Shown: positions 9,250-20,202 of the stretch, piece after piece
Layout of the letters: each line of letters begins with the position of its first letter
Numbering within the stretch: position 1 is the first letter of the stretch
NCBI GenBank assembly: GCA_046570105.1
Contig: JBKHVI010000001.1
Coordinates: 96,001-160,000 of the forward strand
Direction: 5' to 3'
From: Bacteriovoracia bacterium
Lineage (GTDB): Bacteria > Bdellovibrionota > Bacteriovoracia > Bacteriovoracales > Bacteriovoracaceae
Length of the DNA stretch: 64,000 bases
The notes under the pieces: generated by a model
Databases searched by the model: none
What the model saw: the letters and a program-made list of their open reading frames with translations, nothing else
What the model was told of the DNA's origin: nothing
Made by a program: the position numbers and the translations under genes

Positions 9250-11058
9250 CTACTCGTCGACCTTCAATACTGCCAAGAAAGCTTCTTGAGGAATCTCTAC
9301 GTTCCCGACCATTTTCATCCGCTTTTTACCCTCTTTTTGCTTTTCGAGGAGTTTGCGTTTACGGCTAATATCACCGCCGTAACACTTGGCCAAAACGTTC
9401 TTTCGGAGAGCTTTTACCGTCTCGCGGGCGATGATTTTTGCTCCAATTGCAGCTTGAACGGCAATATCAAATTGCTGGCGATCAATCAGTTTCATGAGCT
9501 TGTGAGTCAAATCCCGACCGCGGTTAAATGAATTATCACGGTGAGTAATAATTGAGAGTGCGTCGACCTTATCGCCATTGAGAAGTACATCCAACTTCAC
9601 TAGGTCGGCTTCTAAGTATTCATGGAGATCATAATCCATGGAAGCATATCCCTTAGAGAGAGACTTCAGTTGATCATAGAAATCATACATCATCTCAGAA
9701 AGAGGCAAGATATAGATGAGCTGCACGCGCTCTTCAGTGATGTAATTAATCGCCTGTTGTTGCCCGCGGCGATCTTCGCAGAGCTTAATAATTTTTCCGA
9801 CATAATCATTAGGAAGATGAATAGAAAGTTTTACTGTCGGCTCTTTAATACATTCAATGAAAGTGACATCTGGAAGCTTGGATGGGTTTTCAATAATAAC
9901 GACTTCACCTTTAGTCGTATGCACCTCATAGGCACACGAAGGGGCGGTCGAGATGAGAGCAAGATTGAACTCACGCTCTAAGCGCTCTTGAATAATATCC
10001 ATGTGGAGGAGACCCAAAAAGCCACAACGGAAACCAAAGCCCAGGGCCTGAGAAGACTCTGGTTCGTAAGTAAATGAACTATCATTCAAAGCAAGCTTTT
10101 CAAGCGCGTCTTTTAAGACTTCATACTCCTCAGAGACAACTGGGAAAACTCCACAGAAAACCATCGGTTTTACTTCTTTGTAGCCTTTCAAGTAGGGTGT
10201 GGTTTCTTTCTGGGAAGTATGAACAATCGTATCGCCCACCTTCACATCGCGAATCGTTTTGATGCCACAAATGATCATGCCAACTTCACCGGCCCCGAGC
10301 TCTTCGACTTCTTGGTAGAAGGGTGTGCTAACGGCAAGCTTAAGAACTTCGTGATCCATATGACTGTTCTTAAAATGAATCTTGTCTTTAAGTTTAATCG
10401 CGCCTTCCATCACACGGGCAAGAACTACGACACCACGATAAGAGTCAAACCAAGAATCAAAAATCAAAGCTTGTAATGGATTTGCACTGAGGCCTTTCGG
10501 CGGTGGTACACGCTTTACAATTTCTTCAAGAAGAACATCGACACCCAAACCAGATTTACCAGACACACGAGGAGCGTCTTCAGCAAGAATGCCGATGACA
10601 TCTTCGATCTCTTTCATGACTTTTTCTGGATCAGCGTGAGGCAGATCAATCTTGTTGATCACCGGAATAATTTCGAGATTGTTTTCTAGCGCCATATAAA
10701 CGTTGGCGAGCGTTTGAGCTTCAATCCCTTGAGAGGCATCAACCACCAAAAGAGCGGCTTCACAGGAGGCCAATGAGCGCGAGACTTCGTAGGTAAAATC
10801 CACATGTCCCGGCGTGTCAATTAGGTTAAACCAATAATCTTTTCCATCTTGGGCACGGTAACGCAGACGAACGGTTTGAGCCTTAATCGTAATGCCCCGC
10901 TCCTTCTCCAAATCCATATTATCAAGCAATCGATCAGACTTTTCCCGCTGGGTAATAGAGTTCGTCATCTCAATGAGACGGTCAGCGAGCGTCGACTTAC
11001 CATGGTCAATGTGAGCGATAATGGAGAAATTGCGAATGAACTGGGGATCTAAAGCCAT
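9250..11058 (-). CDS. lepA: Elongation factor 4
   Basis: [53 protein letters not shown]. Confidence 0.98.
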   Translation of the reverse strand: MALDPQFIRNFSIIAHIDHGKSTLADRLIEMTNSITQREKSDRLLDNMDLEKERGITIKAQTVRLRYRAQDGKDYWFNLIDTPGHVDFTYEVSRSLASCEAALLVVDASQGIEAQTLANVYMALENNLEIIPVINKIDLPHADPEKVMKEIEDVIGILAEDAPRVSGKSGLGVDVLLEEIVKRVPPPKGLSANPLQALIFDSWFDSYRGVVVLARVMEGAIKLKDKIHFKNSHMDHEVLKLAVSTPFYQEVEELGAGEVGMIICGIKTIRDVKVGDTIVHTSQKETTPYLKGYKEVKPMVFCGVFPVVSEEYEVLKDALEKLALNDSSFTYEPESSQALGFGFRCGFLGLLHMDIIQERLEREFNLALISTAPSCAYEVHTTKGEVVIIENPSKLPDVTFIECIKEPTVKLSIHLPNDYVGKIIKLCEDRRGQQQAINYITEERVQLIYILPLSEMMYDFYDQLKSLSKGYASMDYDLHEYLEADLVKLDVLLNGDKVDALSIITHRDNSFNRGRDLTHKLMKLIDRQQFDIAVQAAIGAKIIARETVKALRKNVLAKCYGGDISRKRKLLEKQKEGKKRMKMVGNVEIPQEAFLAVLKVDE

Positions 11059-11112
11059 ATGTGTCCTGGGAGCCGTTTTAAGTACGGCGCCCAGAATAGC
11101 GCAAGAGTGACG

Positions 11113-12282
11113 TTAGTTAAACACCTCTTGCGAGATGATCATCATGTAGTAATCCGAGTTATTATCCTTAGCACGGATCGGGATTACGTTAGCATAGCCG
11201 TGATAAGGCTCGTCGAGGTCTTGGTAAACGTACTCATTAGTCTCAGGATCGAGCACTTTTTTGCGGCGAGGAACGGTAATTTCAGCGTTTTCAATTTTGG
11301 AGCGACGCTTAATTGCTACATCGAATGTTTCAACGATTGAATCTGGAAAGTTAACGTCCAAAAACTCTTTGTTAATAACGTCATCTGACTGCAAATCAAG
11401 CAGGCTATACATACTGTTGTTCATGTAAACAAGTGCACCTTTGGCGTTGGCCACCAAAACGTTCTTCTTTACCATATTGGCCAATAGATCGAACTTACGA
11501 TGCTCAACATTGATTCGGTCAGCACGTAACTCTTCAAAGCGCTTGATTGAAGCAATCATTTTATTAATCTCGCGCGCCAACTCACCAATCTCATCGTTTT
11601 GATTATAGTAAATACTTACGTCGAAATTACCTTCGCGTAGCTCTCTGACAGCGTCACGGATCTTCTTGAAAGGCATGGCAATCTTGCCTGGGATAACCAA
11701 CGAAAGAAGAATCGTACCCAAAAACGTAATGATTAAAGTGATCAGCATATTACGGCGAGTTTCACCAATAATGGACTTCACTTGTTTGTCGCGCTGTTCA
11801 TTCTGATAATATTGGATGTCTTGGAAATCGGAGAAGGCTTCGAGAATTTTATCAGTCAGTTCCGAAATGGTCGCAAGGCCCGCGTTGTCTCGATAAAAAA
11901 GAGCGGACTTACGAATAATCGTTTGCAGAGATTCTACGTAGCCTAACATTTTTGAAATAATCTTTTTTGCTTCAACTTCAGAATAATAACTGTCTAGACG
12001 TTGGAGTTGGGTTGAGAAACCTTCGCACAGTACTTGCAAGCGACGAAGATCTTCCTCATTCGATTTAGTCGTAAGGATTTTCTTTTGAAGCTTGAGAATT
12101 GAAACGGTACTCATGCGCACTTCATCTGACAAAAGACTGATCTTGTTGGTGTTGTCAGTGATGGAGCTAATTTGAGTATTGAGAGAATCAAGGAAGAAGA
12201 AAACGGTAAAGCCCATAATCAGAACCACCAGGTTCGCAATAATGAAGCTTGCAGCGACTCGACCTTTTAGTGAGAGATTCAT
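11113..12282 (-). CDS. Membrane sensor-like protein (TM-periplasmic-TM-HAMP-PAS) with no output domain
   Basis: Two TM helices, HAMP (P...DEIGELAREINKM), PAS-like C-terminus; no H-box or HATPase. Confidence 0.7.
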   Translation of the reverse strand: MNLSLKGRVAASFIIANLVVLIMGFTVFFFLDSLNTQISSITDNTNKISLLSDEVRMSTVSILKLQKKILTTKSNEEDLRRLQVLCEGFSTQLQRLDSYYSEVEAKKIISKMLGYVESLQTIIRKSALFYRDNAGLATISELTDKILEAFSDFQDIQYYQNEQRDKQVKSIIGETRRNMLITLIITFLGTILLSLVIPGKIAMPFKKIRDAVRELREGNFDVSIYYNQNDEIGELAREINKMIASIKRFEELRADRINVEHRKFDLLANMVKKNVLVANAKGALVYMNNSMYSLLDLQSDDVINKEFLDVNFPDSIVETFDVAIKRRSKIENAEITVPRRKKVLDPETNEYVYQDLDEPYHGYANVIPIRAKDNNSDYYMMIISQEVFN

Positions 12283-12294
12283 ATTCTATAATCC

Positions 12295-12990
12295 TTAATT
12301 CTCTTCCAGATCATGGAAAAGTTTATCTAAGTTTTTGTCATTACCTACGATGACCACGATATCGTCTTCTTCGATAATATCCATCGGCAATGGACTATCG
12401 TTAATCACCACTTTAAATGCTGCCTTACCATCTTCGTTAACCGTCGGGACACGTATCTGGAGAGCTACGATGTTCAATGAGTATTGCTGACGAATCTGAC
12501 TCTCCACCAGTGTCTTACCGTGAAAACGTTTACCTAACTTCAATTCTACAATTGAGTATCCAGCCGAGAAGTTAAAGCGCTGAAGGACATAGGGAGCAGC
12601 AATTTTGGAAGCAATAATCTCTCCCATTTCTTCTTCAACCTTAACGATCTCAGAAGCACCAACCTCTTTAAGAACGTGTTCATGAAGTGGATTGGTGGCA
12701 CGAGCAATAATACGACCGACACCTAGCTTTCTAAGCGAAGCTACCGCAAGAATAGACATCTGCACGTTATCACCAATAGCGACAACTGCAGTATCTACGT
12801 CAGTAATATTAAGCGCACGCATCGATTTCTCTTGAGTTACATCAATACAAACTGCGTGGGTCGCTCGATCTTTAATTTTTTCTACTAATTCAGGATTACT
12901 ATCAATTGCGAGTACCTCTGCACCCTTTTCATAGAGACGTGTGGCCGTCTTCGCACCGAATGTTCCTAAACCAATGACTGCAATAAACAT
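12295..12990 (-). CDS. ktrA: K+ uptake RCK subunit (KtrA/TrkA family)
   Basis: IAVIGLGTFG Rossmann motif plus TrkA-C domain. Confidence 0.85.
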   Translation of the reverse strand: MFIAVIGLGTFGAKTATRLYEKGAEVLAIDSNPELVEKIKDRATHAVCIDVTQEKSMRALNITDVDTAVVAIGDNVQMSILAVASLRKLGVGRIIARATNPLHEHVLKEVGASEIVKVEEEMGEIIASKIAAPYVLQRFNFSAGYSIVELKLGKRFHGKTLVESQIRQQYSLNIVALQIRVPTVNEDGKAAFKVVINDSPLPMDIIEEDDIVVIVGNDKNLDKLFHDLEEN

Positions 12991-13002
12991 ACAAGGCCTA
13001 CC

Positions 13003-14736
13003 TTATCCAATGAGAATTTTACTTTCAGGGTAACGAATACGTGAGCCAGTGCCTGCTGCATTTTGGCCAACGGCCAAAAGCAAGGTCAATGGTCCCACTC
13101 GACCAATAAACATAACAAGAACCAGCATCAACTTTCCTAACGTCGATAGTTGCGCAGTAATACCAAGACTTAAACCAACTGTGCCGAATGCCGACATTGT
13201 TTCAAACATGAGTGCCAAGAATTCTTTACCCGTCTCAAGACGCATCATAATCAAAAGCGCCACGCTCACAGTTATGAGGGAAATAATAACGATAGCAATT
13301 GAGCGTACGACGAGTACATTGGGCAGGGTACGCTCGAACATTTCAACACGCTTATTGTTAGTAAGCGTCGCTTTTACGGATTGAATCAAAATAGCAAAGG
13401 TCGTCGTTTTGATACCGCCACCAGTTGAGCCGGGCGAAGCACCGACAAACATTAACAAGATAATCATGTAGATCGAATGCGGATGAAGCTCCGTTATAGG
13501 GATCGTATTAAAGCCTGCCGTTCTGGTTGTGACACTTTGGAAGAATGCAAGTTGCACTTTTTCCCACAGAGAGTATTCCACAAATGCATGGAGGAACTCT
13601 CCAAAAAACAAATAGGTCATACCAAAGGCCAATAACAAAATGTTGGTTACGATCACAATCTTGCTATGCAGAGTAAAATCAATCAATTTTTTCTTTGTCT
13701 TAAAGGCTTGTTGAATCTCCTGAATAACCAAGAAACCCAGACCTCCCGAGATAACAAGCACAGCAATTGTTCCATGTATCAGAGGACTGAACCTAAAATC
13801 TTCAAGACTATTATTGAATAAAGCGACACCGGCATTACAGAAAGCAGAGATAGCGTGATAAAAGCCAAAATAAAGTGACTGCCCGATTTCATAATCTTCC
13901 AGATAAAAACCAATCGTGAGAACTATCGCACCAGCAAACTCGATCAACATCGTGAACTTCACAATATCAATAATCAAACCCAAGAGCTCTTCTGAGCTTG
14001 ATGAGTCAAGTACGTCTTGCATCATGACTTGTTCACGAACACCTAGTGAGCGCCCCATAAAGAGGGCGACAGAAGATGAAAGAGTCATGATTCCTAATCC
14101 GCCAATCTGAATCAATGTCAAAATGACAAGCTGACCAAAAAGCGAAAAATCATCTGCGACAGAATTTGTTGCCAACCCCGTCACGCATGTCGCCGAAGTA
14201 GACATAAACAGAGCATCTACAAATGAAACTGTTTTTCCAGTCTGAGCAGAAATTGGCAAAACAAGGAGCAAGGCTCCTACTAAAATAATTAATCCAAACG
14301 ACAAGATCACTAACTGGGCTGGAGATAGTTTTTTGTCGTAAATCCAACTTAGGCCCTGGACGGTAGGAGCTCTACTCGACTGAGAGGACCCTCGCTCATT
14401 TAGAGAAATGATCGTGGAGAATAAATGAACTACCGTTAACCAGTAGGTAAACTCACCATCTCCAAAAGTGAGCAACATGGGGATAAAAATAATTAAACTA
14501 AAAACATACTTACGAACAAAATCTTCAAGACCATCACTTCGTCGATAATGCGCCAAAATCGTAAAGGCTACCAAGATAGGTGCCAACCAAACTGCCCACT
14601 GACTTAGATATTCAGCAGGTATACCTTCAAAAAACTTTGGAAGCTTGTTGGATTTTGTAAGCGTAAATAATGCAACGAACGCTCCGTTGCCTACTAGCTC
14701 CAAAATATAAGGGGCCCGCGCCCATAATTGCTTCAT
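13003..14736 (-). CDS. ktrB: K+ uptake membrane subunit (KtrB/TrkH family) with N-terminal extension
   Basis: SATCVTGL, SAFCNAG, TTRTAGF, GSTGGGIK, SAFGTVGLS filter motifs. Confidence 0.9.
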   Translation of the reverse strand: MKQLWARAPYILELVGNGAFVALFTLTKSNKLPKFFEGIPAEYLSQWAVWLAPILVAFTILAHYRRSDGLEDFVRKYVFSLIIFIPMLLTFGDGEFTYWLTVVHLFSTIISLNERGSSQSSRAPTVQGLSWIYDKKLSPAQLVILSFGLIILVGALLLVLPISAQTGKTVSFVDALFMSTSATCVTGLATNSVADDFSLFGQLVILTLIQIGGLGIMTLSSSVALFMGRSLGVREQVMMQDVLDSSSSEELLGLIIDIVKFTMLIEFAGAIVLTIGFYLEDYEIGQSLYFGFYHAISAFCNAGVALFNNSLEDFRFSPLIHGTIAVLVISGGLGFLVIQEIQQAFKTKKKLIDFTLHSKIVIVTNILLLAFGMTYLFFGEFLHAFVEYSLWEKVQLAFFQSVTTRTAGFNTIPITELHPHSIYMIILLMFVGASPGSTGGGIKTTTFAILIQSVKATLTNNKRVEMFERTLPNVLVVRSIAIVIISLITVSVALLIMMRLETGKEFLALMFETMSAFGTVGLSLGITAQLSTLGKLMLVLVMFIGRVGPLTLLLAVGQNAAGTGSRIRYPESKILIG

Positions 14737-14926
14737 CACTCTATTCTAACGCTCGAAGGCCAGCTTTCCCACAGGAAGAACACTCCTATCTCTGAGTAGA
14801 TTGATCAGCTAGGCTTTCGTGATGACTGCCCCTATGGTGAGTTAAGAATTAAATAGCTTTGCTAAAAAGGGTGCGCATTGACTAGAATTTAGTTGTTTCG
14901 AACACCTGTGTCATAGAGAGGAAAAC

Positions 14927-15742
14927 ATGAGAGCCCACCTACATTTTTTGGCTTTTGTTTTGTTAGCAGTTTCTTGTGCGAGTAAGCCCGACATGAGCAA
15001 GAAACAAGCTGATATTCTTTACAATCACGGCACCGAAGAGTTGCTTAGCAAAAACTACACTCAAGCGATCGGTCACTTGATGAACGCGGCTAAACTTGAG
15101 CCTACCAATCCTTTGATCCATAACAACCTGGGAATGGCGTACTATTTTAAAAATGAAAAAGAACTCGCTCTCCAGCACGTCAGAAGATCTTTAGAACTTG
15201 ATCCGAAAAACACAGATGCTAGAGTTAATGTTGCTTCCTTGCTCTTTGAGCAAGGAGATTTCATTGGCGCTGAGAAGAACTACCTCGCTGCACTTAAAGA
15301 TCTCAGCTACGAAAAACATGCACGGACCTACTTCAATCTTGCTTTAATTGAACTGAGAAAAAAGCAAATCACAAAAGCCGTCGGTTATTTGAATGCATCC
15401 ACCAAAGAAGACAACAACTATTGTCCTGCTTGGTATCAACTGGGACAAATTGAATTCCAAAGCAGACGCTTCAAGGCAGCCAGCAAACATTTTCACCAGG
15501 CCCGCATGGGATCTTGTGTAGCCGACCCTGCCCCACTCTACTGGCAGGCGATGACTGATATTGAAATGGGTGAATACTTAAACGCTCGAATCAAGCTTGA
15601 TGAACTCATGGAGAAACACTCTGGCTCATCTTATGTTCCACTAGCCCAACAAAAAATGAGTGAAATTCATTTGCGCGAGAACTCTGCAATGAATCAACAT
15701 TCGGGTTCACAATCAAACATTGCTGAACCACCTAAATTTTAA
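14927..15742 (+). CDS. TPR lipoprotein (PilF/PilW/Tgl-like)
   Basis: Lipobox AVSC, TPR repeats (HNNLGMAY), upstream of rodZ-like gene. Confidence 0.7.
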   Translation: MRAHLHFLAFVLLAVSCASKPDMSKKQADILYNHGTEELLSKNYTQAIGHLMNAAKLEPTNPLIHNNLGMAYYFKNEKELALQHVRRSLELDPKNTDARVNVASLLFEQGDFIGAEKNYLAALKDLSYEKHARTYFNLALIELRKKQITKAVGYLNASTKEDNNYCPAWYQLGQIEFQSRRFKAASKHFHQARMGSCVADPAPLYWQAMTDIEMGEYLNARIKLDELMEKHSGSSYVPLAQQKMSEIHLRENSAMNQHSGSQSNIAEPPKF

Positions 15743-15751
15743 GGTTGTAGT

Positions 15752-16939
15752 ATGGTAAACGAAACGACTCCTCATTCTCCCAACGTCATGCACATTGGTG
15801 ACTATCTCAAAGCGAAGAGAGAAGAAACGAAGCTCTCTCTAGAAAAAGTCTCTCAAAAGACCAAAATTAATTTAAATATTTTGCGCTCTCTTGAAGCCAA
15901 TGACTTTCAAGCTCTTCCAAGTCCTGCCTACGTAAAGGGATTTGTTATGAGTTACGCGCGAGTGGTTGGTCTGAACTCAGATGAAGTGATTCACAAACTT
16001 GAATACTCATATCTAACAATTATCGGGAAACCTTTTCCTGCCCTCAATCACACTCGTAATCTTCGACCAACTCAAGACACGACTGAAGTTGCGACTAAAT
16101 CAGAAAAAAAAGATACCTCACCAGAAGATATCTTGAATCATGAAGAAGCTATCGAGAAAAGAAAGAAGGTCGTTGTTCCTTCGCTAGTTTTTGCCGGTGT
16201 AATTATTATCTTTGTTGGTCTTTACCAGATTGTAACTAAAACAGTCGAAGGTGAAGCGAATCGAAAAGAAGAAAAGCCTTACGGTGCAACCTTTGCACCG
16301 AGTTCTGAATTAGCTGATATCAACAAACCAGTTGTTGCTAAGAACGAAGATACTGAAAAAGCAAAAGAAGTTGAGAAGGTAGCTGAAGCCCCTAAAGAAG
16401 CTGTTAAAGAGAAAGAAAGTAAAGAACCCCCAGAAACGACACCAGAGCCTACTAAATCAGTTAGAAGAAATTTTCCTAAAAAAGATTTTAGAAAAATCTC
16501 TACTCGTCTTTTTGTTGTCATGAATGAAGCACCAGAGAATCAAGATGAAAAAGTTCTCCCATCTCGAATTAAGAGTGCTTTCAATCGGGATATGGAAAAT
16601 ATCTATATCGTAGCGACTGAGGGTAACACTTGGCTCAGCTATCAGGTTGATGGCTCTCCAATTGAGAGCGTCATCCTTGAGAAAGGCAAAGATCTTTTCC
16701 TGCAAGGAAAAGAAGTTTTGATGTTTTTAGGAAATGTAAAAGTGACCAAAATCTTTTATCAAAACCGTATGATCGATGCTCCAACTCCCACAGGTTTTAA
16801 AAGTCTTATTTTTCCTGAGTCACAAAATAGTAAACACGTTCTACCGCTCTTCCCTAAGGCGGCTGACGATATCCTCTATACCGCTGAAGAATATCAAAAA
16901 CGTATGAAGCTGGAAGAATCGGAGCTAGGTCAACCCTAG
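15752..16939 (+). CDS. rodZ: RodZ-like HTH-TM-periplasmic protein
   Basis: GDYLKAKREE...LPSPAYVKGFVMSYAR HTH, one TM, C-terminal W-containing beta domain. Confidence 0.75.
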   Translation: MVNETTPHSPNVMHIGDYLKAKREETKLSLEKVSQKTKINLNILRSLEANDFQALPSPAYVKGFVMSYARVVGLNSDEVIHKLEYSYLTIIGKPFPALNHTRNLRPTQDTTEVATKSEKKDTSPEDILNHEEAIEKRKKVVVPSLVFAGVIIIFVGLYQIVTKTVEGEANRKEEKPYGATFAPSSELADINKPVVAKNEDTEKAKEVEKVAEAPKEAVKEKESKEPPETTPEPTKSVRRNFPKKDFRKISTRLFVVMNEAPENQDEKVLPSRIKSAFNRDMENIYIVATEGNTWLSYQVDGSPIESVILEKGKDLFLQGKEVLMFLGNVKVTKIFYQNRMIDAPTPTGFKSLIFPESQNSKHVLPLFPKAADDILYTAEEYQKRMKLEESELGQP

Positions 16940-18066
16940 CTCTGCCAGTCGAGCTTGCGATAAAGATGTATTCCTAGAATGAGCAGGAAAGCGTCTGGAA
17001 CAAACATCGCAATCGGCATTGGAATTTGCCCTTTACGGGCCATCGCCACCAAACTGAAAAATAATGTGTAGAAAAGTATGAGGCTTCCCAAGGCCCACAG
17101 TGAGGAATTTCTTCCTTTACCTCGACTCTCTTTAATCCCCAAACCAAAACCTAAGAAGCAAAGCAGCAAACAAACGATCGGTGTATTGCGACGGTTCCAA
17201 TACTCGTAAACCGAATTGAATAAGTCTTTCTGACTAAATTTATATTTTAACTTAGCTTCTTCAACAGACATCTTTGTCACAGCAGTTAATTCATCACCGG
17301 CTAACATCGTCTCCTTGGGATTAATACGATCAGAAAACTTATTTTGCGAGATTGGAAGTGAGTAAGTTTGAAAGAGAATTTTTTCGATGTCAGTTCCCTT
17401 CTTCTTGATTCCAGTAATACTTCCGTCAAACAAGTTGAGCGTAAGCTTCTCTACTAGCGTTGTTGTATCGCGCTCATAAATCAATTCACCTTTGCGGGCC
17501 ATAATCACACGCTCGCCGTCATCCTCTGTCGCATGAAGAAAAACTCCACCCAAATCACGACCATCTGTCGAAACAGTCGTTGGAAAGAGAGTGATTTTTG
17601 GAATGGCTGTAAAAAATTGTCCTGCCTTAATTGAAGCAATCAAGCCACTGGAAGTGAGAAAGTTTACCTGACGACGAAAGGCTCGATTGGTGTGAGGAAT
17701 AACTTCTTGACCCAAATAATAGACACTGGTGGAAAGAATAACTGCCACAATTAGGAACGGAGCAAAAAGCCGCCCCTTGGTAAGACCGGCTGCACGCATC
17801 GCAATATATTCTGAGTCTGTGCTCAACTTATTCAAACAGAAGATCACAGAGAAGAAAGTCGATAAGGGGAGGGCCAGTGGAATAAACGTCAACGCGAGGT
17901 TTCCCATCAAACTAGTGAGAAAAGTGACTGAAATATCACGACTCATTAACAACGCTGTAAGCCGGAATAACTCAAATGTGAGGAGGAAGCAGACAAAGAA
18001 TAGCAAACTCACCACCAAAGGGAGGATGAAGTTGGCCGCTAGATACCGTTGCAATAATAGTCTCAT
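16936..18066 (-). CDS. lptF: LptF/LptG-family LPS export permease
   Basis: LSTDSEYIAMRAAG motif; 3 TM + periplasmic + 3 TM layout. Confidence 0.8.
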   Translation of the reverse strand: MRLLLQRYLAANFILPLVVSLLFFVCFLLTFELFRLTALLMSRDISVTFLTSLMGNLALTFIPLALPLSTFFSVIFCLNKLSTDSEYIAMRAAGLTKGRLFAPFLIVAVILSTSVYYLGQEVIPHTNRAFRRQVNFLTSSGLIASIKAGQFFTAIPKITLFPTTVSTDGRDLGGVFLHATEDDGERVIMARKGELIYERDTTTLVEKLTLNLFDGSITGIKKKGTDIEKILFQTYSLPISQNKFSDRINPKETMLAGDELTAVTKMSVEEAKLKYKFSQKDLFNSVYEYWNRRNTPIVCLLLCFLGFGLGIKESRGKGRNSSLWALGSLILFYTLFFSLVAMARKGQIPMPIAMFVPDAFLLILGIHLYRKLDWQS

Positions 18067-18153
18067 GACTAGAAAAGGTTACCCGTGAAGCGTGTTCTAG
18101 GCAACCAACCGGCCCCATGCTACCCTCTTGAAGTTTAAAATTTAGGAGGATCT

Positions 18154-19689
18154 ATGCAGTTAACACTTGATCAAAGCGGAAAAAATACTCTTGGAGCTGA
18201 TGTCAAAATCCTCAGCGCATTTCAAAAGACTAAAACTAGCAAAGTAAAAGGTAAGGAATCAACCGAGACGATCGTCAGCGTTGATCACTGGACTGACAAA
18301 AATCTGGTTGAAGAGTTTCAACAATTGCGCGCCCAGGCCACCTACAAGGCCGGTAAAGATGAAGTACTTACTTTCACCGGAACAATGGGTGAAATGGTTA
18401 AAGTCGTGGGCCTTGGCGATCGTGCCAAGATCAAAGCCGAAGATCTTCGTAAATCAATTGCAAAAATCTTTAAGACTGTAAAAGCCGAGAAGCATGCTGT
18501 AATCAGCATCGATCTCCATTCTTTCGACGTCCTGAAAGATACCGCGCGCGCCGCAGGTCTAATCGCTGAATCAATTGGTATGTCGAATTATTCATTCGAT
18601 AAATACCTCAGCAAAAAATCACCGGCCAACCTAGAAGAAATTCTAATTACTGGATTTGATAAAAAGAAAGAAGTCGCCATTAAGAAAGCCATTCTTGATG
18701 CCCAACTCCTCACGGACTCCATCAATGTAGGCCGTGATTACGTAAATGAAGTTCCTAACGTCTTGCGCTCAACTGAGTATGCTAAGCTCGTCGAAGCCGA
18801 TGTTAAGAAAAATCTTAAAGGTGTGAAAATTAAGATTCTTAACAAAGCACAATTGAAAGCCGAAGGCATGGAGATGTTCCTCTCTGTTAACGCAGGTTCA
18901 GCCTTTGAAGCACGCTTGGTTCACTTAACTTATGAGCCAACTAAAAAAACAGCGAAGACAAAACACATTGCTCTCGTTGGTAAAGGCCTCGTGTTTGATA
19001 CTGGCGGCTACTCTTTGAAGCCAGGTGCAAACATGATGAGCATGAAACACGACATGGCGGGCTCTGCAACTGTGTATGCAGCTTTCCGTGCTGCTGTTTT
19101 GATGAAGGCTCCAGTAAAAATCAGCTGCTTACTTGGTATTACTGATAATGCCGTTAACTCACTTGCGACAATGCCTGACTCGATCGTGAAGGCGCGCAAT
19201 GGTAAGACAGTTGAAATTCTCAATACAGACGCTGAAGGTCGTCTCGTTTTGGGTGACGTGCTTGATTACGCCTGTGATCTTAAGCCTGATGGCATCATCG
19301 ATGCAGCGACACTCACGGGCGCATGTCTCGTGGCCCTTGGAAGCCAAGTGACAGCAGCGCTAGGTAACAACCAGAAATGGATTGATACTGTTCTTAAGGC
19401 GGCTCAAGACAGTGATGAGTACATGTGGCAATTGCCGATCATTCCTGAGTGGACTGCCGATATGAAATCGAAGATCGCTGATCTCAAAAATATCGGCTCA
19501 CCGATGAAAGCTGGAACTGCGACAGCGGCGGCTTTTCTCCAAGAGTTCATCAAGAACGATATTCCTTGGTGTCACCTCGATATCGCTGGAACAGCGGATG
19601 GCGCAAGTCACCTTCCCTACTGTCCACCACACGGTGCTTCGGGCCTGACTGTCCGCTCACTTGTTCACTTGTTGATGACTACAAAGTAA
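18154..19689 (+). CDS. pepA: Leucyl aminopeptidase (M17)
   Basis: VGKGLVFDTGG, MKHDMAG, NTDAEGRLVL, HLDIAG. Confidence 0.95.
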   Translation: MQLTLDQSGKNTLGADVKILSAFQKTKTSKVKGKESTETIVSVDHWTDKNLVEEFQQLRAQATYKAGKDEVLTFTGTMGEMVKVVGLGDRAKIKAEDLRKSIAKIFKTVKAEKHAVISIDLHSFDVLKDTARAAGLIAESIGMSNYSFDKYLSKKSPANLEEILITGFDKKKEVAIKKAILDAQLLTDSINVGRDYVNEVPNVLRSTEYAKLVEADVKKNLKGVKIKILNKAQLKAEGMEMFLSVNAGSAFEARLVHLTYEPTKKTAKTKHIALVGKGLVFDTGGYSLKPGANMMSMKHDMAGSATVYAAFRAAVLMKAPVKISCLLGITDNAVNSLATMPDSIVKARNGKTVEILNTDAEGRLVLGDVLDYACDLKPDGIIDAATLTGACLVALGSQVTAALGNNQKWIDTVLKAAQDSDEYMWQLPIIPEWTADMKSKIADLKNIGSPMKAGTATAAAFLQEFIKNDIPWCHLDIAGTADGASHLPYCPPHGASGLTVRSLVHLLMTTK

Positions 19690-20160
19690 ATGTCCGATCC
19701 TTTTTTCCGAATTGTTCTGCATGCGCCTGAGATTCCCGGTAATACCGGGAGTATCGGGCGCACTTGCGTTGCACTTAATGCTGAACTCATCCTCATTAAG
19801 CCTTATGGTTTTGACATCAGCGAAAAAGCCGTTCGAAGAGCTGGCTTAGATTACTGGAAGCACGTCAAAATCAAAGAGTACGACAATTGGGAACATTTTT
19901 TAGCCAGTGAAAAACCACCGCGAGACCAAATCATGTTGTTTGAAAAAGGCGAAGGCAAAGCCTGGCACTCAGCCCCCTACAAAAAAGGATCCTACTTAGT
20001 TTTTGGTGGTGAAACGCGAGGTATCCCCGATCGAATTCTGCAAGACATGCCAGATAACTTTTATAGTTTTCCCCAGTACTCCCCGCACATTCGCTCGTTG
20101 AATTTGGCCAACATCGCAACGGCTGCGGCCTACGAATGTTTGCGACAAATTAATCATTAG
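19690..20160 (+). CDS. trmL: tRNA (cytidine34-2'-O)-methyltransferase
   Basis: PEIPGNTG, RRAGLDYW, FGGETRG, RSLNLAN. Confidence 0.93.
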   Translation: MSDPFFRIVLHAPEIPGNTGSIGRTCVALNAELILIKPYGFDISEKAVRRAGLDYWKHVKIKEYDNWEHFLASEKPPRDQIMLFEKGEGKAWHSAPYKKGSYLVFGGETRGIPDRILQDMPDNFYSFPQYSPHIRSLNLANIATAAAYECLRQINH

Positions 20161-20162
20161 AA

Positions 20163-20195
20163 TTGGAGAAGGAGCGCATCCTCCTTCTCCAAAAA
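20163..20195. terminator. Hairpin terminator between convergent genes
   Basis: TTGGAGAAGGAG-cgcatc-CTCCTTCTCCAA followed by an A-run (U-tract on the minus strand). Confidence 0.75.
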
Positions 20196-20202
20196 TATAA
20201 AT

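Noticed and set aside
14740..14926. c-di-AMP (ydaO) riboswitch upstream of ktrB
   Set aside because: No recognisable consensus, and ktrB appears to be leaderless.
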